From NCBI GenBank assembly GCA_052279835.1, contig CP181291.1:1472001-1536000 (forward strand): a stretch of 64,000 nt of DNA. Reading direction: 5' to 3'. The translations under genes were made by a program, and so were the position numbers. The notes beneath the pieces were generated by a model. The model made no database searches. It had not been told where the DNA came from and saw only the letters and a list, made by a program, of their open reading frames with translations. The DNA comes from Microcoleus sp. (GTDB taxonomy: Bacteria > Cyanobacteriota > Cyanobacteriia > Cyanobacteriales > Microcoleaceae). Shown here in pieces: positions 30,134-41,422 of this stretch (its first letter is position 1; each line of letters opens with the position of its first letter).

Positions 30134-31882
30134 TTAATGCAATAACTCCTCTAATTGTTGCTGGTTCCACAAATATTGATATAGCCCTTGCTGCCCTACT
30201 AATTCTTTATGAGTTCCTACTTGGACAATTTCTCCTTTTTCCATGACAAAAATGCGATCGGCACTAGCAGCCGCTGACATTTGATGGGAGATAAAGATGA
30301 CTGTTTTGCGATCGGTTCCGGTTGCCAAATTCTTCAAAATGTCGGTAGCAGTCTGATTGTCAACGCTGGATAGAGCGTCATCTAAAATGAGTACGGGAGC
30401 GTCAACTAATAGGGCGCGAGCTAGGGCTGTCCTTTGTCTTTGTCCGCCGGATAATGTAATGCCGCGCTCGCCGACAATTGTTTTGTACTGCTGGGGAAAG
30501 TTGAGGATTTCTGGGTGAATTTGTGCTTGTTGGGCTGCGTGTTCAATTTCTGGCTGTTCTGCTAAGGGATTGCCGTAGCGGATGTTATTCTTGATGGTAG
30601 TACCGAAGAGAAAGCTTTCTTGGGGTACGTAGGCGATCGCCCCGCGCAAGTCGGTCAATTTTACCTGAGTAATATCTAATCCGTCTACAAATAATTCACC
30701 TGGAGCAATATCCAGCAGTCTGGGGAGCGCATTAGCTAAAGTCGATTTCCCAGATCCGATCGCCCCAACAATAGCTACAGTTTCTCCCGGTTGAATGGTA
30801 AAGTTAAGGTTTTTCAGGGCGGGGATATTAGCACCTGGGTATTTATAATTTAAGTTGCGGGCTACTATTTCGCCTTTAACTGGAGTTGGCAGTTCAATTG
30901 CATCAGTCCGATCGTAAATTTTGGGTTCGACGGTAAGGATTGATTCGATGCGATCGACACTGACTTCTCCCCGCTGATAAGCAGTAATTGTGAAGCCCAA
31001 AAGTGCTGTCGGAAACACCAAACGCTCGACATAAATCAGTAAAGCGACAAAATCTCCCACGCTAATTTCACCCTTAGCAATGGAACCTCCCCCCGCAGCG
31101 AGCAAAACTAACAAACTCACACTTGCCAAACCGCCTAGTAAGGGGAAAATAAAATTGCGGGTTTTTGCTAATTCTAAATTGGCTGAGAGCAATTTTTCAT
31201 TACAATCACCAAAAGCGCGGCGTTCGTTCTCTTCTTGAGCGTAGATTTTAATTACGGAAATGCCGCTCATATCTTCTTGAATCAAATCGCTCATCGCCGA
31301 CAGTTCTTCCTGGACAGCTAGCTGCTGGATGCGCAGTTTGTCACTAAATAATTGTACCAAAACTAGCATTAAAGGATAAACCGCGATCGCCAACAGAGTC
31401 AGCCGCACGTTAATTCCCAGCATCACGGGCAAAGTCAAAGCGTAAGCAAAGGCTGTATTCGCCAAACTCAGCACCGCAAACCCCACCAAGCGGCGAATAT
31501 TATCCAAATCGGAAGTAGCGCGGTTAATTAAATCTCCGACTGTATTGGCCGCAAAATAAGATGGTTCTAAAGTTAATAAATGATTAAATATTTGCTGTTT
31601 GAGGTCAAATTCGACTTGACGCCCCACGCCAAACAGAAAAATCCGCGACGCCATCCGAATCACCCACATGATTGAGGCGAGTACCAGAATCAGCAACACG
31701 TAGTTTAAAACTTGGTCAAATTCGATCGCAACTTGCAGAGTGTCAACTGCATTCCGAATCAGCAGGGGAATGTAAACGCCCACAGCATTGACAATTAGCA
31801 GGGAAAAAACGCCCCAAAATGTCGCTTTCCAGTGGGGGCGCATATAAGCACCCAGTTTTTGCAGTCGAGAATAACGAGCCAT
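30134..31882 (-). CDS. ABC exporter, fused TMD + NBD
   Basis: Six TM helices, GAIGSGKST, LSGGQRQR, ILDDALS; start MARYSR. Confidence 0.93.
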   Translation of the reverse strand: MARYSRLQKLGAYMRPHWKATFWGVFSLLIVNAVGVYIPLLIRNAVDTLQVAIEFDQVLNYVLLILVLASIMWVIRMASRIFLFGVGRQVEFDLKQQIFNHLLTLEPSYFAANTVGDLINRATSDLDNIRRLVGFAVLSLANTAFAYALTLPVMLGINVRLTLLAIAVYPLMLVLVQLFSDKLRIQQLAVQEELSAMSDLIQEDMSGISVIKIYAQEENERRAFGDCNEKLLSANLELAKTRNFIFPLLGGLASVSLLVLLAAGGGSIAKGEISVGDFVALLIYVERLVFPTALLGFTITAYQRGEVSVDRIESILTVEPKIYDRTDAIELPTPVKGEIVARNLNYKYPGANIPALKNLNFTIQPGETVAIVGAIGSGKSTLANALPRLLDIAPGELFVDGLDITQVKLTDLRGAIAYVPQESFLFGTTIKNNIRYGNPLAEQPEIEHAAQQAQIHPEILNFPQQYKTIVGERGITLSGGQRQRTALARALLVDAPVLILDDALSSVDNQTATDILKNLATGTDRKTVIFISHQMSAAASADRIFVMEKGEIVQVGTHKELVGQQGLYQYLWNQQQLEELLH

Positions 31883-31951
31883 AGGTAGAAGAAGGAAGAA
31901 GGAAGAAGGAAGAAGGAAGAAGGCTCTTCGATTTAGCGAGAGGGTAAAAAG

Positions 31952-32066
31952 CATAGGTGTCAACTTAAGCTGTCAGCCCGCCCCGTGTCCGTTAGTCATC
32001 CATCAAGTCCGGCAGGGGTTTCAACCCCTGCCGGACTATTGGTTGTACCTTAAGTTGACACCAATG
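31952..32066. mobile_element. 115-bp MITE with 9-bp target-site duplication
   Basis: 18-bp TIR CATAGGTGTCAACTTAAG / CTTAAGTTGACACCAATG (1 mismatch); GGTAAAAAG at 31943-31951 and 32067-32075; internal AGTCCGGCAGGGGTT/AACCCCTGCCGGACT hairpin. Confidence 0.9.
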
Positions 32067-32247
32067 GGTAAAAAGGTACTACACAGATTTTGACACGGAT
32101 ACACCGATTCAGTTTAGGGCGGGATCTCCGGCCCACCCCACCAAAAAAATTACTCTTTGTGGAACAGGCCCGACAGCCTCAACAGGCAAGAAGTTTGGAC
32201 TGCGGTGAGTTTAACCGGACTGGAAAATAAACCAAAAATCGATCGAT

Positions 32248-32274
32248 TTAGCACTCAGCCTCAGAGAGTGCTAA
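32248..32274 (+). promoter_or_regulatory. CIRCE (HrcA operator)
   Basis: Perfect TTAGCACTC-N9-GAGTGCTAA 30 bp upstream of groEL. Confidence 0.95.
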
Positions 32275-32304
32275 ATTTGCTATGTAAGCAAATGGAGACA
32301 AAAC

Positions 32305-34014
<1,710 letters not shown>

Positions 34015-34490
34015 TTCATCACCAGGGACGCACTATCCACCTAACAAACCCGGTTTCTGGCGCGCCATCAATATCCAATCAGGATATTACCTCCAGAAAC
34101 CGGGTTGTTGCGTCCACAACTGTGAAATAAGAATCTGCGATCGATACCAAGAAAAGGCTTTCCGACCTCTGCCTCTCCATTTTGTATCGCATACATCTTG
34201 TTTAAAAACTTAAAATCTGCTTTAGTATTAAGTTATATTCAAATAAATACAATTTTCTAAAAATTTTTGTATCATTGATTGTTGAGCTAAAAATAGCACC
34301 ATACACCGCAGCAGTACAGTGTTCAAAAATATTTGAGTGAGTTAAACTGATTTCAGATTTCTTTGTCGGAATCCCCACAACACACTTCGGCTACGCAGTC
34401 GTTGGGCAGCACAACTAGCTGTAGTCAGGTTGGTGTAGGAGATCTGACCAAAAATATAAAGCTTAACTTGCAAGCTATCAAAAAATACCC

Positions 34491-37400
34491 ATGCAGGAAG
34501 TTATCAACTGGTTTCAGTCTTTTTTATCTAACTCTGTTGATGCTTTCCTAGAGTGCGATGGACAGCAAAAGTACCTATCTGTTAATCCTATTGCTGCTGC
34601 TTGGATGGGATTGGAACCTGCTGAAATAGTCAACAAAACCAATCAAGATTTATTGAAATTATATCCCAATAGTGCTGCTCTGAAAAACATTATCTCCCAA
34701 ATCGATTCCTGCCTCAAACAAGTATTGATCGCAGGGGAAAAAAAGCTGGCAATTCACGAGGTAACGGAGAGAGACGGCGGGATTAAAATTTATGAGACGA
34801 CTTACACGCCAGTGGTGGATGCTTCTAGCAATCAAATGCGGGTTTTCGGTGTGGGTCGAGATATCACTAGGCACTATCGCTGGCAGCAGCAGAAAAGTCA
34901 ACAGTTACGCCACTCGAATCATTTACTTTGGTTAAACGCTGCTAATAGTCCCCTGGCAATGGTAGGGTGGGATGAAAATTTTCGGATAGTTCAGTGGTCC
35001 AAACGGGCTGAAGACATCTTTGGCTGGACATCTGAGGAGATGATGGGTAGGGAATTCGGCGACTTGGCTTTGGTTTGCGAGCAAGATATCGAGGCTGTAA
35101 GTGCACTCCAACTCGAACTAGCAACCGGTAAAGCCAATACTTCAATTAACCGCAATTATACTAAAAGTGGCAAAGTTATTTGGTGTCACTGGTTCAACTC
35201 TATTATTCGTAGCGGGGATAATTTTACCGTACTTTCTTTGGTGGAAGATATCACCGAACGCAAATTATTAGAAGCCGCACAATCCCAAGCTACTAGACTG
35301 ACAGCAATGGTAGCTGATGTGGGGATTGCTCTCACTAAATACCCTCAAGATATCCTGATGCCCTGCTGTGAGGCAATGGTTCAAAATTTGGATGTCGTCT
35401 CTGCTGAAATTTGGACTTTCAACTCTCAAGAAAATGTCCTGGAAATGCAGGCATCAGCCGGAATTTCTAGCGACCAAGACAATATGGCACGCTTTGTTGA
35501 AGGTAAAATCAATCTGATTGCCCACAGCCAAAAACCTCAAATTGACTGCCAATTTGAGCAGAATAATTTTAAGATTAATTCCCAACAATTAGGGGAAGTA
35601 ATAATTGGAGAGGGTGCGGAATTAGCTACTGTTAATAATTCACAAGTGCGACTTAATTACAGTTCCCAAAAATCTATTATATCTTTTTCTGGCTATCCAT
35701 TGATTGTCGAAGAACGCTTAGTGGGAGTCATGGGAATTGTGAGCGCTCAACCAATGACAGAAGCTTTTCTGGAAACTATAGCATCGGTGGCTGATGTCAT
35801 TGCTTTAGGCATCGAGCGCAAGCGTGCAGAAGCTGAATTAAAATCTGCTAGAACATTCCTCACTTCAGTGGTAGAAAATCTGCCAGTGGGGGTGTTTGCT
35901 AAAGATGCTTCCTCCCTGAGATTTGTGCTGTGGAATAAAGCGGGAGAGACGATCGCAGGTGTTACTTCCGCCGAGGCGATCGGCAAAAATGACTATGATA
36001 TTTATCCGAAAGAACAAGCTGATGTTTCCACAGCTCAAGATCGGGAAATTTTGACTAGCTATCACAACCACTCCCGCGTCACCGAAATAGTCGAAGAACC
36101 CTTTCAAACTCGCCACAAAGGTATGAGAATACTGCACACTAGGAAAGTGCCCATTCTTGACTCGAAAGGCAATCCTCAATACGTTTTGGGCATTACTGAA
36201 GATATTACGGAACGCCGACAGGTAGATGAAAGTGTTCGTCTCTACGACCAAATTGTTGAAAATATGCAAATAGGTTTGTACGTCTACCATTTAGAAAATA
36301 TTGATGATGACAGCACCTTAAGGGCGATCGCCTCCAATCCCGCTGCTACCAAGTTTACAGGATTAGAAATGGCAGATGTTCTGGGAATGACAATCGACGA
36401 GATTTTTCCCAAGTCGCGAGCGAAAAATATTCCCCAAGCATTTGCATCGGTAATTCGTAGCCAAAAAGCCTTAGAAATTGAAGATATTGAGTGCGATGAA
36501 AGCGATCGAGTAACCCGCGCTTTTTCTATAAAAGCTTTTCCCTTACCTAACAATTGCGTCGGCGTAGCCTTTGAAAACATTACCGATCGCAAAACCCTAG
36601 AATTAGAACTAAAGCTAGCCTTGGAACAAACGGAACGTTCCGAACAACTGTTGCGAACAGTCCTTGACAAAAGCAGTGATTGGATTTTTGCCAAAGATCT
36701 AAATTTTCGATGTATTTTAGCAAATAATAGCTTCGCTAAAGGTATTGGTAAAACAGTCGATGAAATTATCGGTCAATCGGATTTAGAACTGCTTATTGAA
36801 GAAGATATAATAATTGACAATGGTGCTGAAACTCTTCAAAATATACGCACAGACGACTTGGCGGTATTGGCTGGTGAAATTATTCATAATCCCTGCGAAC
36901 CAGCCACATTTGCTGATGGCTCGATACATATTTTTGATACCCAAAAAGTACCTCTCCGAGACCAGGAAGGTAATATATTTGCAGTGCTTTCTTTCGCTCA
37001 TGATATTACTGAACGCCATAAATCTGAAGCCGCGTTGCGTAGAAGCGAAGCCAGATTTAGGTCTTTGGTAGCTAATATTCCCGGAGTAGTTTATCGGTGG
37101 TGGTGCGATTTTTCTGTCAGTTTTATTAGCGATGCAGTTTACTTGCTCACTGGTTATCCGGCTGCGGATTTTAGATTGCTTTCCGACAGAGTTTCTCGGA
37201 CTTTTGCCAGCGTTATTTATGCGGAAGATTTGGAGCAAGTTGAAGCCACGATTCGGAGGGGAATAGAAAATAAACAGTCCTACAGTTTGGAATATCGCCT
37301 GCTGGCGGCCGACGGTACGATTAAATGGGTGTGGGATAAAGGTTCTCCTGTATTTGATGAAGATGGAAGCGTTTATTGTTTGGATGGGGTAATTTTTGAT

Positions 37401-38732
37401 ATTAGCGATCGCTACTATGCTCAAGAAGCCCTGCAACAAAAAACTTCTGAGTTAGAAGCTGTTTTTCGCGCTCTACCAGATTTGTACTTCCGACTCAATG
37501 CTGATGGCGTTATCTTGGATTATCTCTCAGGCAATTCATCGGATATTTACATTCCTGTCGAAGATTTTGTTGGCAAAAGAATGTTAGATGTTTTGCCGAT
37601 AAATGTAGCAACCCAATTTGAACAATCTATTATTAAAACCTTAGAGAATAAGACCCCTGTAACCTTAGAATATTCCTTAGATACAACGGAAGAACCACAA
37701 ATTTATGAAGCAAGATTTATGCCTTTTAAGGCCAATCAACTGATTATTATTTCTCGCAACATCACCCTCCGAAAACAAGCTGAATCTAAATTAAGAGATA
37801 AAAATTACGAACTCAAGCAAGCTTTGCATCAACTAGGAAAAACTCAATCTCAACTAATTCAAGCGGAAAAAATGTCGGGCTTGGGACAGTTAGTTGCTGG
37901 GATTGCTCACGAAATTAATAACCCTGTAAGTTTTATTTACGGTAATGTCACCTACGCTCGTGAATATGCCAATAATCTGTTGAAACTCTGTTGTTTGTAC
38001 CAAGAACATTACCCACAACCAGTTTCTAGAATCGCTGATTTTGCGGAAGAAATAGAAGTAGAATTTATGAAAGAAGATTTTCCACATCTGCTTAATTCAA
38101 TTCAAATAGGAGCAGATCGCATCGGGAAAATAGTCTTATCTTTGCGAACTTTTTCGCGTCTAGAAGAATCAGATATTAAACGTGTGGATCTTCATGAAGG
38201 CATTGATAGTGCTTTGTTAATCTTACAACATAAACTCAAAGAAAATGGTAGATCTCGCCCAATTGAAATAGTTAAAGAATATGGCGAACTGCCACTGGTA
38301 CAGTGCTATGCTGGACAGCTAAATCAAGTGTTTATGAATGTTTTAAGTAATGCGATTGATGCTTTAGCAGATGTCAGACATCGGAAGTTGAAAGTGGCTA
38401 GTGGTTCCCCAACGCAAGGGCAAGATGTTCCTGGTGTACCAGTACCTATAACTTCCAACCCATCACCTTGCATTCGGATTCGCACGGAAGTTGTGGAAAG
38501 CAATCGGGTGGCGATCGCAATTTCGGATAATGGTCCAGGAATGGAAGAATCTGTTAAATCTCGGATATTCGATCCATTTTTCACTACTAAACCTGTGGGA
38601 AAAGGTACTGGTTTGGGACTTTCGATCAGTTATCAAATTGTAGTAGAAAGACACTGTGGCTCCCTGCGCTGCATTTCTGCACCGGGAGGAGGGACTGAAT
38701 TGGCGATCGAAATTCCTATTCGACAAAGATAA
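34491..38732 (+). CDS. Multi-PAS/GAF sensor histidine kinase
   Basis: Repeated DITER PAC motifs, GAF, AHEINNP H-box, NAIDA, DNGPG, FFTTKPVGKGTGLGL. Confidence 0.93.
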   Translation: MQEVINWFQSFLSNSVDAFLECDGQQKYLSVNPIAAAWMGLEPAEIVNKTNQDLLKLYPNSAALKNIISQIDSCLKQVLIAGEKKLAIHEVTERDGGIKIYETTYTPVVDASSNQMRVFGVGRDITRHYRWQQQKSQQLRHSNHLLWLNAANSPLAMVGWDENFRIVQWSKRAEDIFGWTSEEMMGREFGDLALVCEQDIEAVSALQLELATGKANTSINRNYTKSGKVIWCHWFNSIIRSGDNFTVLSLVEDITERKLLEAAQSQATRLTAMVADVGIALTKYPQDILMPCCEAMVQNLDVVSAEIWTFNSQENVLEMQASAGISSDQDNMARFVEGKINLIAHSQKPQIDCQFEQNNFKINSQQLGEVIIGEGAELATVNNSQVRLNYSSQKSIISFSGYPLIVEERLVGVMGIVSAQPMTEAFLETIASVADVIALGIERKRAEAELKSARTFLTSVVENLPVGVFAKDASSLRFVLWNKAGETIAGVTSAEAIGKNDYDIYPKEQADVSTAQDREILTSYHNHSRVTEIVEEPFQTRHKGMRILHTRKVPILDSKGNPQYVLGITEDITERRQVDESVRLYDQIVENMQIGLYVYHLENIDDDSTLRAIASNPAATKFTGLEMADVLGMTIDEIFPKSRAKNIPQAFASVIRSQKALEIEDIECDESDRVTRAFSIKAFPLPNNCVGVAFENITDRKTLELELKLALEQTERSEQLLRTVLDKSSDWIFAKDLNFRCILANNSFAKGIGKTVDEIIGQSDLELLIEEDIIIDNGAETLQNIRTDDLAVLAGEIIHNPCEPATFADGSIHIFDTQKVPLRDQEGNIFAVLSFAHDITERHKSEAALRRSEARFRSLVANIPGVVYRWWCDFSVSFISDAVYLLTGYPAADFRLLSDRVSRTFASVIYAEDLEQVEATIRRGIENKQSYSLEYRLLAADGTIKWVWDKGSPVFDEDGSVYCLDGVIFDISDRYYAQEALQQKTSELEAVFRALPDLYFRLNADGVILDYLSGNSSDIYIPVEDFVGKRMLDVLPINVATQFEQSIIKTLENKTPVTLEYSLDTTEEPQIYEARFMPFKANQLIIISRNITLRKQAESKLRDKNYELKQALHQLGKTQSQLIQAEKMSGLGQLVAGIAHEINNPVSFIYGNVTYAREYANNLLKLCCLYQEHYPQPVSRIADFAEEIEVEFMKEDFPHLLNSIQIGADRIGKIVLSLRTFSRLEESDIKRVDLHEGIDSALLILQHKLKENGRSRPIEIVKEYGELPLVQCYAGQLNQVFMNVLSNAIDALADVRHRKLKVASGSPTQGQDVPGVPVPITSNPSPCIRIRTEVVESNRVAIAISDNGPGMEESVKSRIFDPFFTTKPVGKGTGLGLSISYQIVVERHCGSLRCISAPGGGTELAIEIPIRQR

Positions 38733-38734
38733 TT

Positions 38735-38835
38735 AATTATTAGTTATTTGTTATTAGTTATTTGTTATTGGTTATTTGTTGTTGGTTATTTGTTATTGGT
38801 TATTTGTTATTTGTTATTCATTGGTTATTCTTATT
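38735..38835. repeat. (TTATTTG/TTATTGG)n heptamer STRR
   Basis: Tandem heptamers; the same family occurs at 40598-40661 and 52914-53145. Confidence 0.85.
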
Positions 38836-38889
38836 AGGGCATGATATCATATCTAATAAAGATACTAACTAAAACTCGGAAATATCAAC

Positions 38890-40071
38890 ATGGTATACAA
38901 AGGCATAAATACATCTAGTGGTGTTGGCAAACAAATTAAAGATGATGAGGATGATTCCTATGTTGATTATTTTTATGACGATCCGGGGGCTCCGCCGGGA
39001 ACTCTGGACTTAGAACCGGGCGCACCACCTCCCGATATTGTATTAATTGACTATTCCGAAGCAACAGCTACTCGCTCCAAATTGGTAAATCCTCAAGAAG
39101 CTGCTGCGTATTTAGATACAGACTCTGTGTCTTGGGTTGATATGTTGGGATTGGGAAATAAAGAAACTTGGCGACAAATGGGTCAAATATTTAATTTGCA
39201 TCTGATGACCCAAGAAGATGTAGTTAATGTTCCCCAGCGACCGAAGGTAGTAGACTATGAAGACCATCTTTTAATTATTGCATGGATGGTAATGATTCAA
39301 CCTAATTCCTATAATTTTCATAAAGAACAAGTGAGTTTAATTTTGGGTAAACATTACTTGTTAACTGTTCAGGAAGAACCGGACTATGATTGTTTTGACC
39401 CGGTGCGCGATCGCATCCGCAAAGGACAAGGAAGTATTCGCAAGCACGGAGCAGACTATCTGGCCTATACTCTCTTAGATTCGATTATCGATGGATTCTT
39501 CCCAGTATTAGAAGTTTATGGAGAGCTGATTGAAGAATTAGAGGACGAAGTGGTAGTCAAGCCCACCCGTAAAACCCTGGAAAAAATCTATAAAATCCGC
39601 CGAGAATTGCTGACTCTTCGTCGCGCTATTTGGCCACAGCGGGATGCAATTAATGCGCTAATTCGAGATAGTAGTGATTTGATTAGTCCAGAGGTGCGAA
39701 TTTATTTGCGAGACTGTTATGACCACACAGTGCAGGTGATGGATATGGTGGAGACTTATCGAGAATTGGCTTCGGGTTTAATGGATGTTTATCTATCCTC
39801 AGTTGGCAATAAAATGAATGAAATCATGAAACTACTGACAGTGATTTCTAGCATTTTTATTCCCCTAACCTTTGTTGTGGGAGTGTACGGCATGAATTTT
39901 AATACTGAAAAATCGCCCTTGAATATGCCAGAGCTGAATTGGTATTTTGGTTATCCCCTTTGTTGGGGGCTGATGGTGACGATCGCCTCTTCTTTAGTTT
40001 ACTTTTTTTGGCGGCGCGGCTGGTTTGAAAATTTTTCCAGTATTAAAGATGATGGAAATCTAAAATCCTAA
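38890..40071 (+). CDS. corA: Mg2+/Co2+ transporter CorA
   Basis: QRPK, MNEIMKLLT, YGMNF, MPELNW.FGYP. Confidence 0.95.
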   Translation: MVYKGINTSSGVGKQIKDDEDDSYVDYFYDDPGAPPGTLDLEPGAPPPDIVLIDYSEATATRSKLVNPQEAAAYLDTDSVSWVDMLGLGNKETWRQMGQIFNLHLMTQEDVVNVPQRPKVVDYEDHLLIIAWMVMIQPNSYNFHKEQVSLILGKHYLLTVQEEPDYDCFDPVRDRIRKGQGSIRKHGADYLAYTLLDSIIDGFFPVLEVYGELIEELEDEVVVKPTRKTLEKIYKIRRELLTLRRAIWPQRDAINALIRDSSDLISPEVRIYLRDCYDHTVQVMDMVETYRELASGLMDVYLSSVGNKMNEIMKLLTVISSIFIPLTFVVGVYGMNFNTEKSPLNMPELNWYFGYPLCWGLMVTIASSLVYFFWRRGWFENFSSIKDDGNLKS

Positions 40072-40104
40072 ATTGATTGACGAACGATCGCGTACAATAA
40101 ATTT

Positions 40105-40546
40105 GGGGAAAAAGTAGGCGCAGGCGGTTGCGGATTAATGAAAGTTAGTCTGAGGAAAGTCCGGGCTCCCGAAAGACCAAACTTGCTGGGTAACGCCCAG
40201 TGCGAGCGATCGTGAGGAGAGTGCCACAGAAAGATACCGCCAATTAGTGATTAGTCAGCAGTGATGGGTCGTTAGTAAGTAACTAAGGACTTGAGACTGG
40301 GAAGCAACAACTAATTTGGTAAGGGTGCAAAGGTGCGGTAAGAGCGCACCAGCAGCATCGAGAGGTGCTGGCTCGGTAAACCCCGGTTGGGAGCAAGGTC
40401 GGAGGAACTATGGTTGGTTTTTTACCAGTTCCGTTTTTGGGTACCGCTTGAGGCGTCTGGTAACAGGCGTCCCAGATAGATAACTGCCCTCGAAAATTGC
40501 TTGCAGTTGAGAGAACAGAACCCGGCTTATGTCCGACTTTTTCCCC
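40105..40546 (+). ncRNA. rnpB: RNase P RNA (type A)
   Basis: GAGGAAAGTCCGGGCTC, AGTGCCACAGAAA, GGTAAACCCC, AACAGAACCCGGCTTA; P1 GGGGAAAAAGT/ACTTTTTCCCC; TACAAT -10 box at 40093. Confidence 0.97.
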
Positions 40547-40667
40547 CCCAAAATCCCCAGTAACAGGAAGTGCGGTAACGGACGTAACGGACATGAAACA
40601 ACAAATAACAAATAACAAATAACAAATAACAAATAACAAATAACCAATAACCAATAACAAATTTAAG

Positions 40668-41381
40668 ATGAATATTGTTTATCCATCTCGTCAAAAAGAA
40701 CTTGAAAAATTAGTAGGAAAATTAGGGATATCCCAGAAAAGTTCAATTAAATGGCATCTAGTAGATTTAGCTTTGACTCATTCGAGTGCATCAGCTAAAG
40801 CAAATTACGAACAGTTAGAATTTGTCGGTGATGCTGTGGTGCGGCTGGCGGCATCGGAATTGTTGTTCGATATTTATCCTGATTGTGCAGTAGGGGAATT
40901 TGCGGCGATTCGATCGATCCTGGTGAGCGATCGCATTTTGTCAAAAATTGCTGAAAGTTACGGATTCGATCGCTATTTGATTGTTGCCAGCAGTGCCGCC
41001 AGCGACAAAACAGGGGCGGAAAGCCGACTGGCAGATGCCCTAGAAGCCTTACTGGCTGCCCTTTATTTGAGTACCCATACCTTAGAATTAATTCGCCCTT
41101 GGTTAGACCTTCACTTTCAACGGCTAGCAACGGAAATTCGCAGCGATCCAGCCCGCCAAAACTACAAAGCTGCTCTCCAGGAATTGACTCAAGGTAAATA
41201 CAAAATTTTGCCAAAATATACTGTCAAAGAAACTGGTACAGTCCAGGGTGGTGAGGATCGTTTTACGGCAGAAGTTCGACTTCAGGAAGAGTTACTAGCC
41301 GAGGGGAAAGGTCGATCGATCAAAGCGGCAGAACAAGCTGCGGCTCAGGCTGCTTTTAATAAATTAGTTAATAGTCAGTAG
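40668..41381 (+). CDS. rnc: Ribonuclease III
   Basis: ALTHSS, NYEQLEFVGDAV, ADALEALLAALY, dsRBD (NYKAALQE..GKGRSIKAAEQAAA). Confidence 0.95.
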   Translation: MNIVYPSRQKELEKLVGKLGISQKSSIKWHLVDLALTHSSASAKANYEQLEFVGDAVVRLAASELLFDIYPDCAVGEFAAIRSILVSDRILSKIAESYGFDRYLIVASSAASDKTGAESRLADALEALLAALYLSTHTLELIRPWLDLHFQRLATEIRSDPARQNYKAALQELTQGKYKILPKYTVKETGTVQGGEDRFTAEVRLQEELLAEGKGRSIKAAEQAAAQAAFNKLVNSQ

Positions 41382-41422
41382 TTAATAAAACCGCAGACGA
41401 TATTAGTAATAATTAATAATCC

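Noticed and set aside
40283..40660. Minus-strand ORFs 40283..40660 and 40408..40647
   Set aside because: Antisense to rnpB and the STRR tract
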